64,000 bases of DNA. Origin: Candidatus Limnocylindria bacterium (GTDB taxonomy: Bacteria; Chloroflexota; Limnocylindria; QHBO01). The stretch lies in assembly GCA_046262115.1 (NCBI GenBank), contig JBHENJ010000080.1, positions 7,941 to 71,940 of the forward strand, read 5' to 3'. Under the pieces are notes generated by a model, which did no database searches, had not been told where the DNA came from, and saw only the letters and a list, made by a program, of their open reading frames with translations. The position numbers and the translations under genes were made by a program. This document shows positions 16,969 to 31,327 of the stretch, piece after piece; within the stretch, counting starts at the first letter, position 1, and each line of letters opens with the position of its first letter.

Positions 16969-17388
16969 TTGCCAACGATCAACCAGCTGATCCGCAAGGG
17001 CCGATCGCCGGTCCGCAAGAAGATGAAGTCGCCTGCCTTGCGCCGCACCTTCAACACCATGAAGCAGCAGGCGTCGGAGGGCCGTGGGGCGCCGCAAAAG
17101 CGCGGCGTCTGCCTGCAGGTCATGACCCGCACGCCCAAGAAGCCGAACTCCGCGCTGCGAAAGGTGGCGCGCGTGCGCCTGACAAACGGGATGGAGGTGA
17201 CGGCGTACATCCCCGGCGTGGGCCACAACCTTCAGGAGCACTCGGTGGTGCTCGTGCGCGGCGGGAAGGTACGTGACCTGCCCGCGGTGAAGTACCACAT
17301 CATCCGCGGCACGCTCGACACCGCCGGAGTCCGCGACCGTAAGCAGGGCCGCAGCAAGTACGGCGCGAAGTCGCCGCAGAAGGCCTAG
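16969..17388 (+). CDS. rpsL: 30S ribosomal protein S12
   Basis: [12 protein letters not shown]...[50 protein letters not shown]; TTG start with SD aggggat 8 nt upstream. Confidence 0.9.
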   Translation: MPTINQLIRKGRSPVRKKMKSPALRRTFNTMKQQASEGRGAPQKRGVCLQVMTRTPKKPNSALRKVARVRLTNGMEVTAYIPGVGHNLQEHSVVLVRGGKVRDLPAVKYHIIRGTLDTAGVRDRKQGRSKYGAKSPQKA

Positions 17389-17392
17389 CGCG

Positions 17393-17859
17393 ATGCCCCG
17401 CCGCCCCACGACCGCCCGCAAGTCGAAGTACGCCGAGTCGCTCGCCGGCACGGCGCTGACCATGTCGCAGTTCACGAACAAGCTGATGCGCGGCGGGAAG
17501 AAGCACCTGGCCTCGAGCATCCTCGAGGACGCGATCGCACGCTGTGAGCGCCAGGCGGGCCGTGCCGGGATCGAGGTCATGGAGACGGCGCTGCGGAACG
17601 CGATGCCGCTCATCGAGGTGAAACCGAAGCGCGTGGGCGGGTCGACCTACCAGATCCCGGTCGAGGTCCGCGCGGATCGGCGCGTCTCGCTCGGAATGCG
17701 GTGGCTGATCGACTCGGCGCGAAAGCGCCAGGGCAAGAGCATGGGCGAGAAGCTCGCCGGTGAATTCCTCGACGCCGCGAACGGCGTCGGTAACGCGGTT
17801 CGTCGCCGGGAAGAGACACATCGCATGGCGGAGGCGAACAAGGCCTTCAGCCACTTCAA

Positions 17860-17866
<7 letters not shown>
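17393..17866 (+). CDS. rpsG: 30S ribosomal protein S7
   Basis: Canonical S7 ([19 protein letters not shown]...[19 protein letters not shown]). Confidence 0.95.
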
Positions 17867-19980
<2,114 letters not shown>

Positions 19981-20000
19981 GGGAGCACCAAGGAGCAGGA

Positions 20001-21203
<1,203 letters not shown>

Positions 21204-21206
21204 GTC

Positions 21207-21515
21207 ATGGCGAAGCAGCGGATCCGGATCCGGCTGAAGGCGTACGACCACAAGCTGCTCGACCAGTCGGCCGAGCAGATTGTGGAGACTGCGCAGCGCA
21301 CCGGCGCGGACGTCGCCGGTCCGGTTCCGTTGCCTACGCGGATCGAGAAGTTCTCCGTGATCAGGAGTCCGTTCATCTACAAGGACTCCCGGGAGCAGTT
21401 CGAGATCCGCACCCACAAGCGGCTGATCGACATCATCGACCCGTCGACCAAGACGGTCGACGCGCTGATGCGGCTCTCGCTGGCCGCCGGCGTGGACATC
21501 GAGATCAAGATGTGA
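21207..21515 (+). CDS. rpsJ: 30S ribosomal protein S10
   Basis: [29 protein letters not shown]... Confidence 0.95.
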   Translation: MAKQRIRIRLKAYDHKLLDQSAEQIVETAQRTGADVAGPVPLPTRIEKFSVIRSPFIYKDSREQFEIRTHKRLIDIIDPSTKTVDALMRLSLAAGVDIEIKM

Positions 21516-21525
21516 GGCGGCCGAT

Positions 21526-22149
21526 ATGACAGCAGGACTGATCGGCCGCAAGCTCGGGATGATGCGCGTCTTCGGCGACGACGGCAGCGTCCTGCCGGTG
21601 AGCGTGATCGAGGCAACCCCGAACGCGGTCGTCCGGCTCCGGACGCCGGAGCGCGATGGCTACGCCGCCGTGCAGGTCGCGGCGGGAACCGCGAAGCGCG
21701 TTACCAAGCCGGTGGCCGGCCAGGTCAAGACACTGCCGAAGGAGCATCAGCGTCCCGCGCTGATGCGCGAATTCCGCGTCGAGTCAACCGAGGGCTACGA
21801 AGCGGGCGCGACCGTCGATGTGTCGCTCTTCGCCCCCGGGGAGCTGGTGGACGTGACCGGCATCTCGAAGGGGCACGGGTTCACCGGCGTGATCGCGCGG
21901 CACCACTTCCGCCGCGGCCCGAAGACCCATGGCTCGGACCACCACCGCGCCCCGGGCTCCGTTGGCGCGGGCACGACGCCGGGCCGTGTGTGGAAGAACA
22001 CCCGCATGGCGGGGCACATGGGCAACGAGCGCATCACCGTCAAGAAGCTCGCCGTCGTCCGCGTCGACACGGAGCGCAACCTGCTCCTCGTGAAGGGCGC
22101 CGTGCCCGGCGCACGGAACGGGCTGCTGCTCGTCCGCAAGGCGAAGTGA
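21526..22149 (+). CDS. rplC: 50S ribosomal protein L3
   Basis: [13 protein letters not shown]...[19 protein letters not shown]. Confidence 0.95.
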   Translation: MTAGLIGRKLGMMRVFGDDGSVLPVSVIEATPNAVVRLRTPERDGYAAVQVAAGTAKRVTKPVAGQVKTLPKEHQRPALMREFRVESTEGYEAGATVDVSLFAPGELVDVTGISKGHGFTGVIARHHFRRGPKTHGSDHHRAPGSVGAGTTPGRVWKNTRMAGHMGNERITVKKLAVVRVDTERNLLLVKGAVPGARNGLLLVRKAK

Positions 22150-22151
22150 CG

Positions 22152-22775
22152 ATGGCCGAGCTGACGCTCCTCAGGCCCGGCGCGAAGCCCTCCGGCAAGG
22201 TCGAGCTCTCCGACGCGCTCTTCGCTGCGCCGGTGAACGAGTCGCTCATCCACCAGGCCGTCGTGCGGCAGATGAACAACCGCCGCCTCGGCACGTCGGA
22301 CACCCTGACGCGCGGGCTCGTGTCGGGCGGTGGCAAGAAGCCGTGGCGACAGAAGGGAACCGGCCGCGCCCGCCAGGGCAGCCGTCGCGCCCCGCAGTGG
22401 AAGGGCGGCGGCGTGGTCTTTGGGCCGCACCCGCGCAGCCACAGGCAGGACATGCCGGCAAGGATGCGGCGAGCGGCGCTGCGCGGGGTGCTCTCCGCCA
22501 AGCAGAGCGACGGCCGCGTGGCGGTCGTGGAAGGCTTCGGCCTGGATGGCATCAAGACTCGCGCCTTGCGGGATCGCCTCTCGGAGTGGGATCTGACCGG
22601 CAAGGTCCTGCTGGTCGTCGCCGAGCGCGACGAGGTCTTGGAGCGGTCCGCGCGCAATCTCGAACAGGTGACCGTCCTGCTCGCCGACAGCCTGAACGTC
22701 GTCGATCTGCTCGCCGCGGACAGCGTGGTCTTCACGCGGGCCGCGCTGGAACGGGCGCACCAGGTGTACCGATGA
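22152..22775 (+). CDS. rplD: 50S ribosomal protein L4
   Basis: GGGKKPWRQKGTGRARQGSRRAPQWKGGGVVFGP; start at ATG 22152 inside the longer ORF. Confidence 0.93.
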   Translation: MAELTLLRPGAKPSGKVELSDALFAAPVNESLIHQAVVRQMNNRRLGTSDTLTRGLVSGGGKKPWRQKGTGRARQGSRRAPQWKGGGVVFGPHPRSHRQDMPARMRRAALRGVLSAKQSDGRVAVVEGFGLDGIKTRALRDRLSEWDLTGKVLLVVAERDEVLERSARNLEQVTVLLADSLNVVDLLAADSVVFTRAALERAHQVYR

Positions 22776-23071
22776 GCGTGCTCGCCGTGCACGACGTCCT
22801 GCTGCGACCCGTCATCACCGAGAAATCGACGCAGCAGACCGAGCGCAACAACTACACGTTCGCCGTGGCTCGCGAGGCGAACAAGTTCCAGATCAAGGCT
22901 GCCGTCGAGACGCAGTTCAAGGTCGACGTGCTCGGCGTGCGCGTCCTGTCGGTGAAGCCGAAGCAGAAGCGTCGCGGCCGCCGGCAGAGCGGTATGACCA
23001 CCGGCTGGCGCAAGGCGGTCGTGACTATCGCCGACGGCCAAAAGATCGAATTCTTCGAGACGGGGGTCTGA
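22772..23071 (+). CDS. rplW: 50S ribosomal protein L23
   Basis: LLRPVITEKST...YTFAVAREANKFQIKAAVETQFKVDV; ATGA overlap with rplD. Confidence 0.93.
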   Translation: MSVLAVHDVLLRPVITEKSTQQTERNNYTFAVAREANKFQIKAAVETQFKVDVLGVRVLSVKPKQKRRGRRQSGMTTGWRKAVVTIADGQKIEFFETGV

Positions 23072-23074
23072 CCG

Positions 23075-23905
23075 ATGCCACTCCGCAGCTACCGACCCAC
23101 CACGCCGGGCCAGCGCCAAATGACGCGCGCGACCTTCGAGGAGATCACAACCAGGCAGCCGCACAAGCCGCTGACGCGCCGCCTGGTCAGCCAGGCCGGT
23201 CGCAACGCACAAGGCAAGCTCACCGTCCGCCACCAGGGTGGCGGCCACAAGCGGCTGTACCGGGTGATCGACTTCAAGCGCGACAAGTGGGGCGTCCCCG
23301 CGCGCGTCGTGACGGTCGAGTACGACCCGAACCGGTCCGCGCGGATCGGCCTTCTCAACTACGCCGACGGTGAGAAGCGTTACATCCTGCTCCCGAACGG
23401 CGTGGAGGTCGGCGACACGCTCGTCGCGGGACCCGATGTCGAGGCGCGCCCCGGCAACGCGCTGCCGCTGGCGCGCATCCCGCTGGGTAGCCAGGTCCAC
23501 AACATCGAGCTCACCGCCGGGCGCGGCGGCCAGATCGTGCGCAGCGCGGGCACCGGCGCGCAGCTGCTCGCAAAGGAAGGGGAGATGGCGACCATCCGGT
23601 TGCCGTCGGGCGAGGTGCGGCGCGTCCGGCAGGAATGCATGGCCACCATCGGCCAGGTCGGGAACCTGGACCACGAGAACCAGAAGCTCGGCAAGGCGGG
23701 TCGCAGCCGCCACATGGGGCGCCGTCCCACCGTCCGAGGCGTGGTGATGAACCCGAACGATCACCCGCACGGCGGGGGCGAGGGCAAGTCGCCCACGGGC
23801 ATGCCGCCCAAGACGCCGTGGGGGAAGCAGGCGATGGGCCCGCGCACCCGGCGCAACAAGAGCACCAACAAGCTGATCGTCCGCCGCCGATACGGCCGCG
23901 GCTAG
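23075..23905 (+). CDS. rplB: 50S ribosomal protein L2
   Basis: [22 protein letters not shown]...[14 protein letters not shown]. Confidence 0.97.
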   Translation: MPLRSYRPTTPGQRQMTRATFEEITTRQPHKPLTRRLVSQAGRNAQGKLTVRHQGGGHKRLYRVIDFKRDKWGVPARVVTVEYDPNRSARIGLLNYADGEKRYILLPNGVEVGDTLVAGPDVEARPGNALPLARIPLGSQVHNIELTAGRGGQIVRSAGTGAQLLAKEGEMATIRLPSGEVRRVRQECMATIGQVGNLDHENQKLGKAGRSRHMGRRPTVRGVVMNPNDHPHGGGEGKSPTGMPPKTPWGKQAMGPRTRRNKSTNKLIVRRRYGRG

Positions 23906-23916
23906 GAGTCGAGCGA

Positions 23917-24201
23917 ATGAGCCGATCGGTCAAGAAGGGTCCGTACGTCGATCCGCGCCTCCTGGGGCGCATCGAGGAGATGAACCGCCGCAATGAGCGG
24001 AACGTGCTGAAGACGTGGTCGCGCGCGTCGGTCGTCTTCCCGCAGATGGTCGGTCACACCATCGCCGTGCACGACGGCCGGCGCCACGTCCCGGTCTTCA
24101 TGACCGAGAACATGGTCGGTCACCGCCTGGGCGAGTTCGCGCCGACGCGGCAGTACCGCGGCCACGGGCGCGCCACCGAGCGCTCCACGGCGCTGAAGTA
24201 G
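23917..24201 (+). CDS. rpsS: 30S ribosomal protein S19
   Basis: [15 protein letters not shown]...[29 protein letters not shown]. Confidence 0.95.
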   Translation: MSRSVKKGPYVDPRLLGRIEEMNRRNERNVLKTWSRASVVFPQMVGHTIAVHDGRRHVPVFMTENMVGHRLGEFAPTRQYRGHGRATERSTALK

Positions 24202-24208
24202 GAGCGCC

Positions 24209-24562
24209 ATGCGAGCGTCCGCGACGGCCAAATACATCCGGATCAGCCCGCGCAAGGTGCGGCTGGTGACCGACCTCATCCGCGGCAAGCCCGTCGAGGA
24301 GGCCGCGGCCATCCTGCGCTTCCTGCCCAACGCGGCGGCGCGCGACGTCGCCAAGGTCCTCAAGAGCGCGACCGCCAACGCCGAGAACAACTTCAACATG
24401 TCGGCCGATGAGCTGCGCGTCGTCGGGGCGGTGGCCGACGAGGGTCCGACGATGAAGCGCTGGAGGCCGCGAGCGCAGGGACGCACATTCGGCGTCCTGA
24501 AGCGCACCAGCCACATCACCGTCGCCGTGGGCGACCGAGAGGAGGCCCAGATTGGGTCATAA
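24209..24562 (+). CDS. rplV: 50S ribosomal protein L22
   Basis: [34 protein letters not shown]. Confidence 0.95.
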   Translation: MRASATAKYIRISPRKVRLVTDLIRGKPVEEAAAILRFLPNAAARDVAKVLKSATANAENNFNMSADELRVVGAVADEGPTMKRWRPRAQGRTFGVLKRTSHITVAVGDREEAQIGS

Positions 24563-25559
24563 GGTCCACCCGTACGGCTTCCGGCTGGGGATTACCAAGC
24601 CCTGGCTCGCCAAGTGGTACGCCGATCGCGACTACGCGTCGCTCGTCCAGGAGGACATGAAGATCCGCGACCTCGTGTCGCGGACGCTGGCCAACGCGAG
24701 CGTCGGCCTGGTCGAGATCGAGCGCGGCATCAACCACGTGACCGTCACCGTGCACTCGGCCAAGCCGGGCATCGTCATCGGCAAGGGCGGCGCGAACGTC
24801 GAGATTTTGCGCAACTCGATCGGGAAGCTGACCTCCAAGAAGGTCAAGCTCGAGATCAAGGAGATCCTTCAGCCGGAGCTCGACGCCGTCCTCGTCGCGC
24901 AGAACGTCGCCGGCCAGCTCACGCGGCGGATCGCGTTCCGCAAGGCGATGAAGCAGGCGATCCAGCGCACGATCAAGGCCGGCGCCAAGGGTGTGCGCGT
25001 CCAGGTCTCCGGCCGCCTCGGCGGGTCCGAGATGTCGCGCACGGAGTGGGACCGCGAGGGACGCATCCCGCTCGGGACGCTCCGGGCGGACATCAGCTAC
25101 GGCGTCGTCCACGCCCACACCACCTACGGCCGGATCGGCGTCAAGGTCTGGATCTACCGCGGAGAGCTGCTCGGCGAGAAGCCCGCGCCCGGTATCACGG
25201 AGCCGCGCCAGGCGCGCCCGCCGGCGCGGGCACCTGCCCGCGGGCGAACGCGGACGGCGCCCGCCGCCGCTGCGACGGCGTCGGCGGCCGTGGCGACCGC
25301 ATCGCCCGCGCCGGCGTCCATCGCGCCTGCGTCGGGTGAGGCGCCCGCCGCGACGGTGCCCACGGGACCGGGTCCCGAGGCGCCGCCGTCGCCGGCAGCA
25401 GCCGAGGTCGCCGACCTCGCAGAGGCGTCTGAGCAGGCACCCGCCGCCGAGCAGGACGCCGCGACCGAGACCGCCGGGGAAACGACCGACGCCGCCGCAG
25501 AGACGGAGCCGGCAGCGGCAACGAGCCAGCCGGCAGCCACCGAGACCGAGGAGGGCTGA
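24552..25559 (+). CDS. rpsC: 30S ribosomal protein S3 with a roughly 110-aa Ala/Pro/Thr/Glu-rich C-terminal extension
   Basis: TTG start, [18 protein letters not shown]... KH and S3-C domains through about residue 225, then a low-complexity tail (25200-25559). Confidence 0.93.
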   Translation: MGHKVHPYGFRLGITKPWLAKWYADRDYASLVQEDMKIRDLVSRTLANASVGLVEIERGINHVTVTVHSAKPGIVIGKGGANVEILRNSIGKLTSKKVKLEIKEILQPELDAVLVAQNVAGQLTRRIAFRKAMKQAIQRTIKAGAKGVRVQVSGRLGGSEMSRTEWDREGRIPLGTLRADISYGVVHAHTTYGRIGVKVWIYRGELLGEKPAPGITEPRQARPPARAPARGRTRTAPAAAATASAAVATASPAPASIAPASGEAPAATVPTGPGPEAPPSPAAAEVADLAEASEQAPAAEQDAATETAGETTDAAAETEPAAATSQPAATETEEG

Positions 25560-25561
25560 GC

Positions 25562-25990
25562 GTGTTGATGCCCAAGCGGGTCAAGCACCGCAAGGTCCAG
25601 CGCGGGCGGCGCGCGGGACTGTCGAAGGGCGGCACGTCCGTGAGCTTCGGCGAGTACGGGCTGATGGCGGAGGAGGTCTGCTGGCTCACCAGCCGGCAGA
25701 TCGAGGCCGCACGACGCGCCATGACCCACCACATCAAGCGCGGCGGTCGCATCTGGATCCGCGTCTTCCCGGACAAGCCCGTCACGAAGAAGCCCGCCGA
25801 GGTCCGCATGGGCTCGGGCAAGGGCGCGCCCGATCACTGGGTCGCGGTCGTCAAGCCCGGGCGCGTCATGTTCGAGATGTCCGGCGTTCCCGAGCCGATC
25901 GCCAAGGAGGCGATGAGGCTGGCCGGGCACAAGCTGCCGATCTCGACGAAGTTCGTCGTCAAGGAGGGGCTCGAACATGGACATCAATGA
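25562..25990 (+). CDS. rplP: 50S ribosomal protein L16
   Basis: [19 protein letters not shown]... Confidence 0.95.
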   Translation: MLMPKRVKHRKVQRGRRAGLSKGGTSVSFGEYGLMAEEVCWLTSRQIEAARRAMTHHIKRGGRIWIRVFPDKPVTKKPAEVRMGSGKGAPDHWVAVVKPGRVMFEMSGVPEPIAKEAMRLAGHKLPISTKFVVKEGLEHGHQ

Positions 25991-26195
25991 GATCCGCGGG
26001 CTGTCCGACCGGGACCTCGAGACGGCCCTGGTCGATGCCAAGCAGGAGCTGTGGAAGATCCGCTTCGACCTCGCGACGCGCCAGGAGAAGAACTACAGCC
26101 GCCTGCCCGCCACGCGCCGCCGGATCGCGCGGATCCTAACGGTGATGGGCGAGCGCGAGCGGCAGCGCGAGGCAGAGGAGCAGAAGGCGAGCTGA
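25977..26195 (+). CDS. rpmC: 50S ribosomal protein L29
   Basis: [32 protein letters not shown]. Confidence 0.9.
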   Translation: MDINEIRGLSDRDLETALVDAKQELWKIRFDLATRQEKNYSRLPATRRRIARILTVMGERERQREAEEQKAS

Positions 26196-26464
26196 TGCAG
26201 GGCAAGCGCAAGAGCAAGGTCGGCCGCGTGGTCTCCGACAAAATGGACAAGACCGTCGTCGTGAGCGTCGAGCGGCTGCGCAGGCATGCCGTCTACAAGC
26301 GTGTCGTGCGCCTCTCGACGAAGTTCAAGGCGCACGACGCGGACAACGCGGCGCGGGTCGGTGACACCGTGCGGATCGAGGAGAGCCGTCCGCTCTCCGC
26401 CGAGAAGCGATGGCGGGTGGTCGAGGTCATCGCCCACGGCGCGCACGAGGAGCTGGTCGGCTAG
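26195..26464 (+). CDS. rpsQ: 30S ribosomal protein S17
   Basis: [35 protein letters not shown]; ATG overlaps the rpmC stop. Confidence 0.93.
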   Translation: MQGKRKSKVGRVVSDKMDKTVVVSVERLRRHAVYKRVVRLSTKFKAHDADNAARVGDTVRIEESRPLSAEKRWRVVEVIAHGAHEELVG

Positions 26465-26466
26465 CG

Positions 26467-26835
26467 ATGATTCGCCAGTACACCAGGCTGCGCGTGGCCG
26501 ACAACACCGGCGCGCGGACGCTGATGTGCATCACGGTCCTCGGCCGGTCCCAGTCAGACACGGCGGAGGTCGGTGACGTCATCGTGGCGAGCGTCAAGCA
26601 GGCGCTGCCGAACGCCGGAGTGAAGAAGGGCGAGGTCGTCCGCGCCGTCGTGGTGCGAACCGCCAAGGAGTACGGCCGCCCCGACGGCAGCCACATCCGC
26701 TTCGATGAGAACGCGGCCGTCCTGATCAACCCGCAGGGCAATCCCCGCGGCACCAGGATCTTCGGGCCCGTGGCGCGCGAGCTCCGCGAGCGGAACTACA
26801 TGAAGATCGTTTCGCTCGCGCCGGAGGTGCTGTAG
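26467..26835 (+). CDS. rplN: 50S ribosomal protein L14
   Basis: [26 protein letters not shown]... Confidence 0.95.
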   Translation: MIRQYTRLRVADNTGARTLMCITVLGRSQSDTAEVGDVIVASVKQALPNAGVKKGEVVRAVVVRTAKEYGRPDGSHIRFDENAAVLINPQGNPRGTRIFGPVARELRERNYMKIVSLAPEVL

Positions 26836-26837
26836 CG

Positions 26838-27173
26838 ATGAACGTTCGCGCGGGAGACACCGTCCTCGTCCTGACGGGCAAGGACCGTGGCAAGCGTGGC
26901 CGCATCGAGCGCGTGCAGCGCACCAAGCGCGGGATGGGCGTGGTCGTCACGGGCGTGAACGTGGCCAAGAAGCACGAGCGGCCGCGTGGCCGGACACGAC
27001 AGGGCGGGATCATCGACCTGCCGGTCCCGCTGCACGTTAGCAACGTCCAGCTCGTGTGCCCGAACTGCAACAAGCCGACGCGCGTCGCGCACGGCCATCT
27101 TCCCGGCGAGTCGGGTCGTCGTGTCCGGATGTGCAAGCAGTGCGGTGAGCAGATCGAGGTCGGCCGCCGATGA
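26838..27173 (+). CDS. rplX: 50S ribosomal protein L24 (Thermus-type with C4 zinc ribbon)
   Basis: KOW motif [18 protein letters not shown] plus CPNCNKPTR...CKQCGE. Confidence 0.93.
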   Translation: MNVRAGDTVLVLTGKDRGKRGRIERVQRTKRGMGVVVTGVNVAKKHERPRGRTRQGGIIDLPVPLHVSNVQLVCPNCNKPTRVAHGHLPGESGRRVRMCKQCGEQIEVGRR

Positions 27174-28096
27174 GCGCCGATTCGACGCCGCCGCGCCGCC
27201 GCTCGGCGACGAAGACGAAGTTGCAGCCCGAAGCCGTCCCGGAGACCGCCTCGTCGGTCGAGGAAGGCGCGACCGAGACGGCTGCTCCGGCGCCGGCCAG
27301 GCGTCGTACCCGCGCCTCGGCGGCCGCTGAGAGCGAGCCTGCCGCCGGTTCCGCGACCGATGAGGCTGCACCAGCTGCCGCTCCGCCGGCACGCCGCCGG
27401 GCTCCCGCCACTCGCGGCGAGCAAGACGCGCCGCGACCCCGTGCGCCACGCAGGCAGCGGGCTGCTGAGCCGGACACGGCCGTGGATGCCGCGCCGGCCG
27501 GAGTCGCCGCGGGCGCCAACGGCGACGCGCCGCGCGGATACGGGCGGCCGACGTACCACGGGCTCCGACAGCGGTATCACGACGATATTGCTCCCGCGCT
27601 GCTCCGGCAGTTCGGCTACCCGAACGTGATGCAGATCCCGCGGCTCGAGAAGGTGGTCGTCAACATCGGTCTCGGCGAGGCGATCCAGAACGCCAAGGCG
27701 ATCGATGCAGCGGTCGGCGACCTCGCGATCATCACCGGCCAGAAGCCGATCGTCACGCGGGCCCGGCGATCGATCGCACAGTTCCGCGTCCGGACCGGAA
27801 TGCCCATCGGCGCCAAGGTGACGCTCCGCGGACAGCGGATGTACGACTTCGTGGAGCGCACCGTACGGCTTGCGCTGCCGCGCATCCGGGACTTCCGCGG
27901 AATCCCGACACGCTCGTTCGATGGCCGCGGCAACTTCACGCTCGGCATCCGGGAGCAGCTCGTGTACCCCGAGATCGACTACGACAAGATCGACCGGCTG
28001 CGCGGTCTCGAGATCAGCATCGTGACGACCGCGCGCACCGATGAAGAGGGCCGACGGCTGCTCGACCTGCTCGGCATGCCGTTCCAGGCGAACTAG
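27170..28096 (+). CDS. rplE: 50S ribosomal protein L5 with a roughly 125-aa low-complexity N-terminal extension
   Basis: Conserved L5 begins at ...[40 protein letters not shown]; the only in-frame start giving a sensible N-terminus is ATG 27170, in an ATGA overlap with the rplX stop. Confidence 0.85.
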   Translation: MSADSTPPRRRSATKTKLQPEAVPETASSVEEGATETAAPAPARRRTRASAAAESEPAAGSATDEAAPAAAPPARRRAPATRGEQDAPRPRAPRRQRAAEPDTAVDAAPAGVAAGANGDAPRGYGRPTYHGLRQRYHDDIAPALLRQFGYPNVMQIPRLEKVVVNIGLGEAIQNAKAIDAAVGDLAIITGQKPIVTRARRSIAQFRVRTGMPIGAKVTLRGQRMYDFVERTVRLALPRIRDFRGIPTRSFDGRGNFTLGIREQLVYPEIDYDKIDRLRGLEISIVTTARTDEEGRRLLDLLGMPFQAN

Positions 28097-28108
28097 GAAA
28101 GGACCAGG

Positions 28109-28294
28109 ATGGCGAAGACCTCGAAGATCGCTCGCTCGCGCCGACCGGCGCGCTTTCCCGTGCGCGAGCGCAACCGATGCTCGATCTGCGGACGGCCGCG
28201 CGGCTACATGCGTCGCTTCGCGCTGTGCCGTATCTGCTTCCGCGAGCGTGCCAACCAGGGGTTCCTGCCCGGCGTGACGAAGTCGAGCTGGTAG
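28109..28294 (+). CDS. rpsN: 30S ribosomal protein S14 type Z (zinc-binding, 61 aa)
   Basis: [12 protein letters not shown]...[23 protein letters not shown]. Confidence 0.95.
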   Translation: MAKTSKIARSRRPARFPVRERNRCSICGRPRGYMRRFALCRICFRERANQGFLPGVTKSSW

Positions 28295-28302
28295 GCGACC
28301 GA

Positions 28303-28701
28303 ATGAACGTCACCGATCCGATCGCCGACATGCTCACGCGAATCCGGAACGCGAGCCTGGCCCGCCACCCTGAGGTCACGCTGCCGTCGTCCAAGGTCAA
28401 GCGCGAGATCGCTCGCATCCTCGCCGAGGAGGGCTTCATCGACGGGTATCGCACCTCGACCGATGGCGTCCAGGAGTACCTCGAGCTCGGCCTGAAGTAC
28501 ATCGAGGGGCGCTCTCCGGTCGTCGCCGGGTTGAAGCGCATCAGCAAGCCGGGGCTGCGTGTCTATGCCCGAAAGACCGAGATTCCCCGCGTGCTGGGCG
28601 GCCTCGGCATCGTCATCCTCTCCACCTCGCGCGGGATCATGACCGGGCAGCAGGCCCGGAAACAGAACCTCGGCGGCGAGGTGCTGTGCTACGTCTGGTA
28701 G
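28303..28701 (+). CDS. rpsH: 30S ribosomal protein S8
   Basis: [22 protein letters not shown]... Confidence 0.95.
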   Translation: MNVTDPIADMLTRIRNASLARHPEVTLPSSKVKREIARILAEEGFIDGYRTSTDGVQEYLELGLKYIEGRSPVVAGLKRISKPGLRVYARKTEIPRVLGGLGIVILSTSRGIMTGQQARKQNLGGEVLCYVW

Positions 28702-28710
28702 AGGAACGCG

Positions 28711-29259
28711 ATGTCACGCATTGGACGCATGCCGATCGCGATCCCGTCGGGAGTCGAGATCGTCGAGGACAACGGCGCGCTGACTGTGAGCGGGCCGCTC
28801 GGCACACTCCGGCGTCGGCTGCATCCCGAGATGCGGCTCGACCGCGAGGACGGGCAGCTGCTCGTGCGACGGCCCAGCGACCAGCCGCGGCATCGGGCGC
28901 TGCATGGGCTGACGCGAACGCTGGTCAACAACATGGTGACGGGCGTGACGACCGGCTACACCAAGGTGCTCGAGCTCAGTGGTGTCGGCTACCGCGCCGC
29001 GTTGAGCGACGAAAAGCTCGTTCTCTCGCTCGGCTTCTCGCACCCCGTCGAGGTCACGCCGCCTCCAGGCATTCAGTTCAGGGTAGAGACCCCGACGCGC
29101 TTCAGCGTGATCGGCGCCGACAAGGAGCTGGTTGGGCAGGTCGCCGCGGACATCCGCTCGCGGCGAAAGCCGGAGCCCTACAAGGGCAAGGGCATCCGCT
29201 ACTCCGGCGAGCAGATCCGGCGCAAGGCTGGAAAGGCCGGGAAGGGCGGCGCGAAGTAG
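28711..29259 (+). CDS. rplF: 50S ribosomal protein L6
   Basis: [17 protein letters not shown]... Confidence 0.95.
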   Translation: MSRIGRMPIAIPSGVEIVEDNGALTVSGPLGTLRRRLHPEMRLDREDGQLLVRRPSDQPRHRALHGLTRTLVNNMVTGVTTGYTKVLELSGVGYRAALSDEKLVLSLGFSHPVEVTPPPGIQFRVETPTRFSVIGADKELVGQVAADIRSRRKPEPYKGKGIRYSGEQIRRKAGKAGKGGAK

Positions 29260-29260
29260 C

Positions 29261-29620
29261 ATGATCGGCAAGCAGACCGGAAACGCACTCCGCCGGAAGC
29301 GCCACCAGCGCCTCCGTCTCAGGGTGCAGGGAACGCCCGAGCGTCCACGCCTCTCGGTCTTCCGAAGCGCACGGTTCATCTACGCGCAGGTCGTGGACGA
29401 CTCGGCGGGCCGGACGCTCGCAGCCGCCTCGAGTCGGGAACCCAGGCTCGCGGGCGGGCCCGGCAAGACGGCCGCGGCCCACGCAGTGGGTCGCGCCATC
29501 GCGGAGCGGGCCCGCGCGGCCGGCGTCTCGGCGGTCGTGCTCGATCGCGGCGGATACCGATATCACGGGCGCGTTCGCTCCCTCGCCGAGGGAGCGCGCG
29601 AGGCCGGTCTTCAGCTCTAG
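29261..29620 (+). CDS. rplR: 50S ribosomal protein L18
   Basis: [43 protein letters not shown]. Confidence 0.93.
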   Translation: MIGKQTGNALRRKRHQRLRLRVQGTPERPRLSVFRSARFIYAQVVDDSAGRTLAAASSREPRLAGGPGKTAAAHAVGRAIAERARAAGVSAVVLDRGGYRYHGRVRSLAEGAREAGLQL

Positions 29621-29632
29621 AGAAGGGGATTC

Positions 29633-30220
29633 ATGGCAAGACTCGATGCGTCGAAGCTCAACCTCGAGGAGCGCGTCGTCCAGATCAACCGCGTGGCCAA
29701 GGTCGTCAAGGGCGGGCGCAGGTTCAGCTTCAGCGCGATCGTGGTCGTCGGTGATGGGAACGGTGCCGTCGGCGTGGGGCTAGGCAAGGCCGGAGAAGTG
29801 CCAGAGGCGATCCGCAAGGGGGTCGAGGACGCCAAGAAGAACGTCGTCCGCGTGCCGCTCGTCGGGACGACGATCAGCCACGAGGTGACGCGCGACTTCG
29901 GCGCCTCGCGCGTGATGCTCAAGCCGGCATCAGCCGGGACGGGCGTGATCGCCGGCGGCTCGGTGCGGTCGGTGGTCGAGGCCGCCGGGATCCGCGACAT
30001 CCTGTCGAAGTCGCTCGGGAGCAACAATCCGATCAACGTCGTGCAAGCGACCATGGTCGCGCTGTCCGCTCTCAGCTCGGCGGACGCCATCGCCCATCGC
30101 CGCGACAAGACCGCCGAGCAGCTGATCGGCCGCCGCGCCGCGGAGGCGTCGCGGCAGGTCCACCAGGTCGTGGAGCGCTCGCCGGCGCTATCCGGCCAGG
30201 GAGCGCCGCGTGCCCGCTAG
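29633..30220 (+). CDS. rpsE: 30S ribosomal protein S5 (roughly 30-aa C-terminal extension)
   Basis: [41 protein letters not shown]. Confidence 0.95.
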   Translation: MARLDASKLNLEERVVQINRVAKVVKGGRRFSFSAIVVVGDGNGAVGVGLGKAGEVPEAIRKGVEDAKKNVVRVPLVGTTISHEVTRDFGASRVMLKPASAGTGVIAGGSVRSVVEAAGIRDILSKSLGSNNPINVVQATMVALSALSSADAIAHRRDKTAEQLIGRRAAEASRQVHQVVERSPALSGQGAPRAR

Positions 30221-30716
30221 ACGGAAGGCGCCGGTCGTTGGCGCGACTGACGCGCCCATGGCGACCGATGCGACCGATGCGACCGATGCGGCCGGTGCGA
30301 CCGATGTGCCGTTAGAAGCCGTGACTGCGGCCACGTCGGTTTGCGCCACGCCCACGCGAACGGCGAGGCGACCGCGGCCCGCGACCGACGAGACCACGGA
30401 GACGCCCACGGCGACGGAGACACGCGCGCCACGCGCGACGACGACGCCGGACACCGCTCCCGCCGATGAGCCGCTCGCGGCGCCGCACGCTCCGACGTCC
30501 GACGAGGTGGCCGCCGGACGCGTCCGCGTGACGCTGGTCAGGTCGACGATCGGCCACCGGGCCGCCGCACGCGGCACCGTGCGCGCGCTCGGTCTCCATC
30601 GGCTTCACCAGAGCGTCGAGATCGACGACACGCCGCAGAACCGCGGGATGCTCCGGCGAATCGCGTTTCTCGTCGACGTGCGCGAGCCCGCGACGACCGA
30701 CGGGGTCGACCGATGA
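30210..30716 (+). CDS. rpmD: 50S ribosomal protein L30 with a roughly 105-aa Ala/Thr/Asp/Pro-rich N-terminal extension
   Basis: Conserved L30 core [54 protein letters not shown] is at the C-terminus; no start codon lies near the core, so the start is GTG 30210 or ATG 30258. Confidence 0.8.
   Translation: MPARRKAPVVGATDAPMATDATDATDAAGATDVPLEAVTAATSVCATPTRTARRPRPATDETTETPTATETRAPRATTTPDTAPADEPLAAPHAPTSDEVAAGRVRVTLVRSTIGHRAAARGTVRALGLHRLHQSVEIDDTPQNRGMLRRIAFLVDVREPATTDGVDR
30261..30305 (+). repeat. 9-bp tandem repeat (gcgaccgat x3, gcggccggt, gcgaccgat) encoding (ATD)n inside the rpmD extension
   Basis: Direct reading of 30258-30308: atg gcg acc gat gcg acc gat gcg acc gat gcg gcc ggt gcg acc gat gtg. 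Confidence 0.8.
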
Positions 30717-31327
30717 AGCTCCACGAGCTTCGGCCTTCGCCGGGGTCGCATCGAACCCAGCGTCGCATGGGCCGCGGCCACGGATCCGGACGAGGCAAGA
30801 CCGCGGGGCGCGGGACCAAGGGACAGAAGGCGCGCTCGGGCGGGAACCTGCCCGCGTGGTTCGAGGGCGGTCAGACGCCCCTTCACGTGCGTACGCCCAA
30901 GCTGCCCGGGTTCAAGAACCGGTTCCGGGTTGCGTACGCCCCGATCAACCTGAGCAGGCTGAGCGGCGTCGAGCGCGGCACGCTCATCACGCCAGACGTG
31001 CTCGAGCACGACGGCCTGGTCCGCGACCAGAAGCTCCCGATCAAGATCCTTGGCGCCGGTGACGCGCCGGGAGGCGTCACGATCCACGCGCACGCCTTCA
31101 GCCGTGTCGCGCGCGAGAAGCTCGAGGCGGCGGGCAGCTCGGTCGTGCGCCTGACGTGGCCGGACAACGCGCCGGCGGACGATGTCGACGAGGACGCCGA
31201 GGCACACGCGCCGGACGACATCGCGCCCGCAGAGGCGACCGCCGACACGAACGCGGCAGGCGCGACGGATCGCGGTGGGGAGACTGAACCGGAGGCGAGC
31301 CCGGCGGACGCCGAGCCGGAGGGCTGA
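30713..31327 (+). CDS. rplO: 50S ribosomal protein L15 (roughly 55-aa acidic C-terminal extension)
   Basis: [43 protein letters not shown]. Confidence 0.93.
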   Translation: MKLHELRPSPGSHRTQRRMGRGHGSGRGKTAGRGTKGQKARSGGNLPAWFEGGQTPLHVRTPKLPGFKNRFRVAYAPINLSRLSGVERGTLITPDVLEHDGLVRDQKLPIKILGAGDAPGGVTIHAHAFSRVAREKLEAAGSSVVRLTWPDNAPADDVDEDAEAHAPDDIAPAEATADTNAAGATDRGGETEPEASPADAEPEG

